Below are positions 9,702-17,600 of a stretch of 64,000 bases of DNA, piece after piece (position 1 is the first letter of the stretch; every line of letters starts with the position of its first letter). Where the stretch lies: IMG/VR virus record IMGVR_UViG_3300033148_004740, positions 62,473-126,472 of that record; one strand, written 5' to 3'. The translations under genes and the position numbers were made by a program. This DNA is from a virus. A model generated the notes under the pieces. The model was given only the letters and a program-made list of their open reading frames with translations, did not search any database and was not told where the DNA came from.

Positions 9702-10567
9702 TACTTACCCCAAGTCGAAGGGAATACAGAAAGAAGCTCGTTCACAATATCTGCTCCGAGTTCATTCGGTAAACCGTCATATCCTGTTGGACTCTGTTCG
9801 AACATCTTAGTTTTGAAGTCATCAGACTGCAAGTTGTGTAAGATCACAGGACTTGCCTCGACAACAAGATCATCATTACGGTATTTGTATCGCACGGTGG
9901 AACCTGGCGCTGGAACCACTGTTGAAAAAATGGTACCAGAGCTGAGGTCGATGTAATACTGCCCAGCTCGAGTCATCAAGCTCTCAACTGCAACGCGCTG
10001 AGTCATGTTGGTAGACTCCACCGATACTGTGTCTGGGATCAGATTCACATTTGCCAGCTGAATCCGCACACCCTTGTCTGAAATATCCTCTATCTCTACC
10101 TGGACTATCGAGCTCTGGTCAAAAATAGTCATAGAACGATCAGTGGCTACAGCATCAGGAAGAAGGGTAACAGTAAACAAGCCAGTAGCATTAATTCGAT
10201 CTGCCAGCTCCTGAACAGTGCGTGCCCCTCCAGCCCTTTCGTACCTATCTAGCGTGACTAGGACTGTATCAGGATAGTCAGAATAGAGAGTACACTTGGT
10301 CTCTTCAAAGACTATGGCTGGCATAGTTAGCCCTGAGTTGGGGACTATTTGCATGACCTCAGTGACAGAGAGCCCTAGTTCTCGAGTGATACCATTGATG
10401 AGTCCACGATAGGAAGCATTGGCGCGATGCACAAAGACATCCATCAGCCGGAGACGATACTCGGCATTGGTCTCTTCCTCGAGACGTGCCAAGCTCATGG
10501 TCAGACCGTGCTGGTCAAACTCATTGAAGACATGATATGGAGCGGGTGTTGCAGTGATCTTAGCCAT
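9701..10567 (-). CDS. Baseplate wedge protein, P2 gpI-like
   Basis: LARLEEETNAEYRLRL is the 'R..gEtD..YR.Rl' motif of gpI-like wedge proteins; close to the gpJ-like gene. Confidence 0.6.
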   Translation of the reverse strand: MAKITATPAPYHVFNEFDQHGLTMSLARLEEETNAEYRLRLMDVFVHRANASYRGLINGITRELGLSVTEVMQIVPNSGLTMPAIVFEETKCTLYSDYPDTVLVTLDRYERAGGARTVQELADRINATGLFTVTLLPDAVATDRSMTIFDQSSIVQVEIEDISDKGVRIQLANVNLIPDTVSVESTNMTQRVAVESLMTRAGQYYIDLSSGTIFSTVVPAPGSTVRYKYRNDDLVVEASPVILHNLQSDDFKTKMFEQSPTGYDGLPNELGADIVNELLSVFPSTWGK

Positions 10568-12161
10568 CAGTCTCTACTGTTACCTCGCTGTAATCTTCTT
10601 TGAAATAGAGCAGTTTCTGTTGGTAATCTATCAGCATTATATCTGTGTGCAGACCAATTTGATAGTAACTAGAGGCAGTTCGAACCCACATCTTCTGATC
10701 AGCGTCAAAGTCAATACCAAGAATTGGGCTCAACACAAGGGAGCTTAGGTCGATAGTAGCCAGAGGAAGCCTGTGGTTGACAGAGACAAGTACTCGGTCT
10801 GAGTGCTCAGTCTCGTCTACATAGACGGCGTCGAGTCCTAATAGGTACTCTCCGTAGTTAGAAGCTGTGACGCTCAGGACATTAGTCAGTGTACGGACCA
10901 GTCCACGGTCTACGATATAGGAGTCGGCAATCCATGTCTGCCAGGCGCTCCCATCCCAGTAGTATTTGTCTCCATCAGGTTGCTGGTACCAGACACGATA
11001 TTTGAGCAGCTCTTGGATAGGACGGCGATACCAAGGGATGAAGTCTATACTCTCACCCTGGAGCACCCACCGCTCTTCTATGTCAATCTGAACATGGGTC
11101 CCATCGGTTCTGTCTCTGAGGAGGTTTACTCCACTGACCATTTCTGAGATAGCATCATAGCAGTAGAGAATATTGGCATCGTCTACGATCCAGGCTCTCT
11201 CTGTGAACGGCTGTAGTGCCATATCGACAGCAGTAACCGTAGCCCAGCTACTGTCCAAGAGTTCCCAGCTTTCGCTTGCCTCTTTTTCAACAACACCTAG
11301 GATCAGCTGCTCCCACTCGTCTGAGGTATAGCGGACCTTCTCGAGGTAGGATTTCCCTCCTGAGCTATCCAGTCCCCAGAAGGTATCGATCTTCTTGCGC
11401 TGCGCAGACCACTCGAGGTTCCACTTGTCAAGATAGTCCTCTTCTTCAAACTCAGCAGAGGCAATCGTGAAGACTACATCAGGCTCAACATCTCTGGCCT
11501 CAATCTTTGTCAGGGTCTTCCATTGTCTGAGGGACTTCTGTCTCTGGTCCCATGGGAAGATGATTGTCTCTTGGTCAGTAAGACCAAATCGAGTAGTTCC
11601 ATGAAGGATAAGCTTGGCACGTCGGAGCTCATCAGCCGAGACCTGAAGGTATTGTGTTCCTCCGTCTGCCTCGACAAAGATGTCACCTCCGCCCAGGTGA
11701 TGAGACCACTCACCAGATACACAGTAGTCAGAGGCCGTGAGCTCTACTAGGTTGTGGTCTCCGGTGACCGTGTCATCCAGGGTAGCCCTACTAGGGATAG
11801 AGTCATACCAAAAGCTCTCGATGTCATTACCCGCAGCCACAGGGACCTCATAGTATGTACTATCAACTAGGCCACTAACAGTAGGAGCAGTAGGGACTGG
11901 GCCAGCTGGGTCAGATACATCCTCATCAAAAGTGAAGGTGGTAGGAAGTGCAACACGATGGATCTGACCAATCTCGTTCATGTTGGCCGTAAGAAGAAAC
12001 TGATTAGCTCGCATCTTTGCAAGCGCACGGTCTACTGAGTCAAGAGGACCAGCCATACTATTGAGTAAACGATATCCGATGGACTGAGAATCCTCTCTAG
12101 TCCTTGACCAAGGAGGATAGATATTCGTGAGCTCTTGTGTTACTGGTCGTCTCTTCGCCAT
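10560..12161 (-). CDS. Baseplate structural protein, 533 aa
   Basis: Lies between the gpJ-like and gpI-like genes; acidic and Trp-rich; overlaps/abuts both neighbours. Confidence 0.55.
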   Translation of the reverse strand: MAKRRPVTQELTNIYPPWSRTREDSQSIGYRLLNSMAGPLDSVDRALAKMRANQFLLTANMNEIGQIHRVALPTTFTFDEDVSDPAGPVPTAPTVSGLVDSTYYEVPVAAGNDIESFWYDSIPSRATLDDTVTGDHNLVELTASDYCVSGEWSHHLGGGDIFVEADGGTQYLQVSADELRRAKLILHGTTRFGLTDQETIIFPWDQRQKSLRQWKTLTKIEARDVEPDVVFTIASAEFEEEDYLDKWNLEWSAQRKKIDTFWGLDSSGGKSYLEKVRYTSDEWEQLILGVVEKEASESWELLDSSWATVTAVDMALQPFTERAWIVDDANILYCYDAISEMVSGVNLLRDRTDGTHVQIDIEERWVLQGESIDFIPWYRRPIQELLKYRVWYQQPDGDKYYWDGSAWQTWIADSYIVDRGLVRTLTNVLSVTASNYGEYLLGLDAVYVDETEHSDRVLVSVNHRLPLATIDLSSLVLSPILGIDFDADQKMWVRTASSYYQIGLHTDIMLIDYQQKLLYFKEDYSEVTVETDG

Positions 12162-13385
12162 TTAGATAACCACCCTAAACAAGATAGGTGTTGCTCCCGC
12201 ATACTGATTTTCTACAAGTAGCTTTTCATCGGCCTCAGGCAAGAAGTCAGTCAGAAGAGTATTCCGCACCTTGTTATCCTCGAGGCTCGAGGGCCTATGA
12301 ATGAACACTTTGTCAAATGGTTTAGTAGTGGTCCCTACGTTCTTGATAAGATCGGAGGTAGAGAGAACGCGCTCTATCATCTCGTTGAAGATAAGCTGTT
12401 CTCCAATGTCTAGATTGTCGATATAGGTAGAAACATTGGTAGTCACTGAAGAGACGATCGATGCCTGTTCATCAGAGGTTGCGCGGTGCTTCAGAGTGAG
12501 GTCCCCAATCATTGAAACACCTATCTCTCTAGGACCTCGAACAGAAGACACGTTCCCATATCCTTGATTTTTCCAGACAGCCTGCCATACAGCCTGTTCT
12601 AGAGAAGCAGAGACCGAAGGAACCGTGGCCTTGATGAGAACATCAAAGCTTCCAATGCCATGGAAGTATGGAATGAGAGATACGTCTGCTACACCTGGCA
12701 CTGCCAGGGCTGTGAGGCGGATAGAGGTTTGGTTGGCTCTCTCAGCAGCGATGACCTGATTAGACAAGCGGAAGCGATAGTTAGTATCACCCTCGATCTC
12801 CCTCCCTACGTTGATCTCCCCTTCGTTGTTAACCTTCAGAGAGTTGTTCAATGAATCCGTGTAGTCAGTAAAATCATGATGAATAAGCTGACCCGCACCT
12901 ACGTTAGCAGCAGCCCCAGGCCTGATGGCCTCTACTGCTACAAAGCTCTCGGACTGGTCAGAGGGGAGCAGTGTCTGAAATGGAATCCGATAGGTGATAC
13001 CTGAGCCAGCACTACCTGTGCTAACCACTCTTCCTGCAGGAAGAATAATAGAGCTACTCGAGTTAATGGTCCCAAAGGTCCCAAGATCTACATAGAAGCG
13101 GACTAGACGGTCAGCTGCAGAGATAGAAGATGTGGTCTCTCCATGCCGAGGAAGACCAAGCATCTGGCCGATGAAATCTAGATACTTTGCGTTAGCACCG
13201 TCGATGAAACCAAGAGCAATGTTCTGATCAAAAGTCTTCCACTGACGACCTAGCTTCTTGCTGAGTGCCTGGACAAGTGCACGAGTCTTACTACCTGGAG
13301 AGGTTCTTGTGATGTTCGTATTGTTAACAACATCGAAGAGCAAGTCTCCAAATATCTTGCTCTCTGACTCAGCGAAAATAGGCAT
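12162..13385 (-). CDS. Baseplate J-like wedge protein (P2 gpJ / T4 gp6 family)
   Basis: ITRTSPGSKTRAL, ANAKYLDFIGQMLGLPR, VEAIRPGAAANV, GREIEGDTNYRFRL, ALAVPGVADV and GIGSFDVLI follow the Baseplate_J signature order. Confidence 0.88.
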   Translation of the reverse strand: MPIFAESESKIFGDLLFDVVNNTNITRTSPGSKTRALVQALSKKLGRQWKTFDQNIALGFIDGANAKYLDFIGQMLGLPRHGETTSSISAADRLVRFYVDLGTFGTINSSSSIILPAGRVVSTGSAGSGITYRIPFQTLLPSDQSESFVAVEAIRPGAAANVGAGQLIHHDFTDYTDSLNNSLKVNNEGEINVGREIEGDTNYRFRLSNQVIAAERANQTSIRLTALAVPGVADVSLIPYFHGIGSFDVLIKATVPSVSASLEQAVWQAVWKNQGYGNVSSVRGPREIGVSMIGDLTLKHRATSDEQASIVSSVTTNVSTYIDNLDIGEQLIFNEMIERVLSTSDLIKNVGTTTKPFDKVFIHRPSSLEDNKVRNTLLTDFLPEADEKLLVENQYAGATPILFRVVI

Positions 13386-13397
13386 CAGTCAAACTCC

Positions 13398-13868
13398 TTA
13401 AGCAAAGTCGAATTCAGTCTGGCCCCATGGAAGAACAAAGAGGCCCTGCTCAGTGCTATCAAATATGGTGGATACAACAATAGGATCTGATATGTCCAGC
13501 TGGTTATTAGTTGTTGCGATAGCCAGTATCGAGATCGCAATCATAACCTTATATACACCAACTGGAATCACCCGAACACTCACGTCTTCAGAAAGCACTA
13601 TACCAGCTGCTATGAGCGCTGTCTTCACTCTGTCCTGAATTAGTTGACCCATTTCACGGGTGTTGGGTTCCCCAAGGAAGTCTGACAGGTTCGCCCCAAT
13701 AGTAGGTTCACGCTCCCAGTCTAACAGTTCTGACCTAACAATGTTTGCAACCTCGTTGCGGATCGACTGGAGATAGTCATAGGAGGTGTCCCGAATGTCG
13801 CCATCGTCATCGATAGCATAGTCTCCGTCCCATGTGAATTCCAGATCAATACTGTCATAGTCACTCAT
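13398..13868 (-). CDS. Baseplate wedge subunit, T4 gp25 / P2 gpW-like (sheath initiator)
   Basis: GDYAIDDDGDI...LQSIRNEV...EREPTIGANLSDFLGEPN...IQDRVKTAL follows the GPW_gp25 pattern; directly precedes the gpJ-like gene. Confidence 0.8.
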   Translation of the reverse strand: MSDYDSIDLEFTWDGDYAIDDDGDIRDTSYDYLQSIRNEVANIVRSELLDWEREPTIGANLSDFLGEPNTREMGQLIQDRVKTALIAAGIVLSEDVSVRVIPVGVYKVMIAISILAIATTNNQLDISDPIVVSTIFDSTEQGLFVLPWGQTEFDFA

Positions 13869-13872
13869 GCGT

Positions 13873-14217
13873 TTATCCTAATGCGGCAATCATCACTACC
13901 AAGTTCTTTGCTGTAGAAGCAAATAGGGCAACGGGAGGAAAAGGAATACAGTTAGGGAACGGAGTCATCATGGTTTGAGGAATCATTCGGATCCAGTCGT
14001 TCATCTGGACAAACAAGCCTCCCATTCGAATATTCTCCGAGGTAGTACCAAAAGAGACAGAACCACCCATACTGATATAGACACCATTCTCATCTGCTGC
14101 AACGGCATTCTTCTTGTTGCCCACCAGGGCTACAGAGTTAGGGGTACACTGGAACCCTGCCTCTGCATTCTTAGTAGCTCGCCAAATTTTGAAGTTACGT
14201 TTCTGTGGATCAGCCAT
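13873..14217 (-). CDS. Putative central spike distal/tip protein
   Basis: Short beta-repeat segment (SVALVGNKKNAVAADENGVYISMGGSVSF) then a Pro-rich tail; between the OB-fold-like gene and gp25. Confidence 0.4.
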   Translation of the reverse strand: MADPQKRNFKIWRATKNAEAGFQCTPNSVALVGNKKNAVAADENGVYISMGGSVSFGTTSENIRMGGLFVQMNDWIRMIPQTMMTPFPNCIPFPPVALFASTAKNLVVMIAALG

Positions 14218-14633
14218 TAGAAAGACGTTAGACCTCCTCCCATTAATTTGTATGCTCCAGTCTTAACCTCATTCTCTCTATCTTCCTTGGTCAAGAAATC
14301 AACATCCTCGCCACCAATGATCTCAATCATGGGCTTCCTGGCCCCGTGTCTGCCACGCCAATAGATGCGACACTTCATCCCCTTGCGTACTTGTCCCCAG
14401 CGAGTAAAGACATCCTCGAGATCATTGAGCAAAGGGACGTAAGCTCCGTTAGCAATCGTCTCTCCTGTTGCATGGTCGATGACCTTGACCTGCAGGTCCT
14501 CTTTTCGAACATCTTCAATCATGCCATAGGACATTCTATCTTCAGTCACACTAGGCTGTTCGGCCTTAGTGTGAGCTCCTTCAATAGCCGTGTGGGCTTT
14601 CGAGCGAGGAGATGAATATCCAAAAGAAGACAT
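14217..14633 (-). CDS. Putative spike N-terminal OB-fold protein (gp5/gpV-like)
   Basis: YGMIEDVRKEDLQVKV...YVPLL...VRKGMKCRIYW resembles the OB-fold G.V..v....rVkV...p..G..V.v pattern; follows the hub gene. Confidence 0.5.
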   Translation of the reverse strand: MSSFGYSSPRSKAHTAIEGAHTKAEQPSVTEDRMSYGMIEDVRKEDLQVKVIDHATGETIANGAYVPLLNDLEDVFTRWGQVRKGMKCRIYWRGRHGARKPMIEIIGGEDVDFLTKEDRENEVKTGAYKLMGGGLTSF

Positions 14634-14635
14634 GA

Positions 14636-17600
14636 TTACCTCTCGGTCCCCGTTAACCAGGCAGAAAAACTACCTTGTGGTCGGAACCAGTTGTTTGGGT
14701 TGATTTTATCATACAGGTGTTCAGCGTATAGTGGGCTAGTTGCTCGAGTCCTGCTGCTCCAACGAGCAACACTCTGGGCGAAGGAACCTTTATTGCTTCG
14801 CGTCGGAACCCCACCAAGCATTGGTTTTCCTTGAAGAACCAGGGGACTGAAGCGAAGAGGGTGGGCCAATTGACTACGGGTCAATAGCTTATCTAGGATA
14901 AATGTACCAATGAAGTTATGGCGAACGGCACCAACGATAGCAGTTTTTGCCAGGGTAGTCGCCAGAGCTCCAAAAGAAACGCTTTCAGAAGATTGAGCAA
15001 ATGAGTTAGCTAAACCTTTAGCTGCGAGAGGGTTAGGGAGACCAAGACCAGGAACAAACACAGTGTGACCGCCTGTGCTGACGCCGGGCAAAGACCTTAA
15101 TCCTATCTTGTTCAAAGCATGTTCAGCAATTAGGCCCATAGCATCCATGGAAGCCATGGTAGTAACTTCGTTCACATGCACGCACATGCATGGAGTGATT
15201 TCCGTAATGAACCCATGCTGTTGCGAGAACTTATGGACGACCTGTTCTACCTCAATGGGGCCGAACATATCATTGTACTCATCAAGGACATAGCAGATGT
15301 CATAGGGCTTGATACGAGGATTCCCAATAATGATGATACTGCCACGATACCCATAGCCCATAGACTCCTTGAGCAGAGACTGGGCATACCGCTTAGCCGC
15401 TTCCTCCCCGATGCAGTTAGGATAGGACGCAAACATCTCTCTCTTCTCTTCGTCCGGGATAGCGTCATCTACCCTAAGAGTGAAGGTCTCTGCCTCGTCA
15501 AGCTTGAGGGACTGTGTCTTTTCATCCGGTGATGGTTCATCATCTTCATATTGTACGGTACAAATATTGAAGGTGTTCCAGGAGGTAGACTTTATGTCAT
15601 TGTGGATGATGTGCTGCGTGCTGGTTAGCACATGGTAGTTACGGAACGGCTTGATGATACCTCTGTCCTTCGACATCTGGAGCAAAGCTCGATTGACGAC
15701 AACCTCTCGTAGGTCATCGTCTACGGTCTTAGCCTTTCCGGTAACAATGGCCTTAACTCTCTTACTCAGAGACTGATTAGCCTTGGTAGCATCAGTCACT
15801 TCTTCAAGAGCATCTACACTCTTGTCTACAAATTTACTAACAGAATCATAAGCTCTGTCTTCTTTTCCTGTAGGCTTACGGGCAAAGTAGAGCTGGTTGG
15901 GGAGGCCAAAGAAGAGAGTCATGCGGGCACCCCAAACATCATCATAGGGGACGGGGTAGGCGATCCAACCTGGGTGGCGTAGAGTCATCTCTTGGATAAC
16001 GTCCCAAGCAGTCGCCCGATAGAGTTTGTATACTGTATTGTCGTACAGGCCATTCAGTCCAGAGTTACCAGTAGGAGCAAAGATGTTGTCGTCGGCAGGT
16101 GTAGGAATAATCTCCCACTTATTAGTCAACAAGGCACGGGACTTGTCCTTTGGGTCAGCTGGATCCCAACGACCAAAATGCGTTATCTCTGGGGCAGCCA
16201 TCATCTCTTCTAGAATTGTAGCCGTACTGGAGTCACCAGCACTGAACCAACCAGCACTAAATTCTTTGACATCTCCATAGACGTTCTGTACTAGCTCGAT
16301 ACCATAGCTCTGACAGGTGATCTCAATAATGTCGTCAGAAGGTGAGAAGGAAACATCTGTGATTACTCCATTGAGAACCTTCTCGAGCTCGTCAGGTTGA
16401 TTGTCGTACCCTAGTCTCAGCTGCATGGCAATGCCTGGCTGCAACATGAGAGAGGCAATTGGGTTCTCTAGGCCAGTATTAGCTGCGCCTGGTGCGAGAC
16501 TTTCCTTCGCTAAAGTGTCATCGGCTTTCCTTGGCTCGGTCTCTCGTCCCTGTCCCTGGAACTTCCGGTTACTAAGGACACCAGAAACATTGGTAAGTCG
16601 GATGATAGCAAGATCAGCAGGGAGCTTCTTGTTTCGGACCACCTCAATATCAACGACTGAGCTATAGCCAAAGAAGTCATCGAACTTATACTTCTTCCGC
16701 TCCCCCTCATCTGACTCAATGAAGTAGAGCTTGAAGGTAGGATAGGCTCTCATAATAGAGTAGCCCTGTGTCTTGATAAGATCCTTCTCTAGCTGCTCGA
16801 CACTCTTAGTGAACAAAGATTCGTTGGTGGGATCGAAGCCGACGATTGGGCCAGGAGACTTATGGAACTCACTATCTAGGACCTCGAGGGGAGGAAGGAC
16901 AGAAGTCTTGTTCGCATTGGCTCGGACTTCAAAATGAAGATGAGCTCCTGTCGAGTACCCTGTGTTCCCTACTTTACCAAGAGGATCTCCCTTCTTGACA
17001 TAGACTGGCTCGTTGCTCTCATAGAAACGCTTAGACAATGCCTGAATCATTGGTTCGTCTGGCCACTGGAGATGTGTGTAGACAGTGCGGTAGCCTCCTG
17101 CATGTATCAGACGAATGGTGACTGCCGTATCATGCTGCTTCAGCCGAATCTTTTCACGTAGTTTCAAAGGGTCTCTTCCCTGTGACTCTTTATACTCTCC
17201 CCAGGTCTCGTTGTAGGTAAGATACTTGTCCGGGATTACCTCTATCTTCCCATCTGCTGCGGCAAGGACCGTCAACAGTTTAGAAGTATTCCCAGGCCCA
17301 CCGTTACGGACGATGTCAATCCCTCTATGAGGAGCCGTGGAGATACCACCTCGGACCACACCGAAGTGACTAGATATATGCGTGTTCTCACTCTCAGATG
17401 TTGGCCAACCCCATTCAGGGTCTGCATTAGGATCTAGAGATGGAGGAGGCTTAACATAGGAAGAGGCAGGAAGATGGTCCAAGGTATCCTTGATTCCAAA
17501 GCGATGCTGTGCAACCTCTGCCCCGCGTGCACCTGTCATAGTCTTTTGGGGGCGAGTTTTTATGGTCTCGAGATAGAGATCTGCTCCAAGAGTAATTTTC

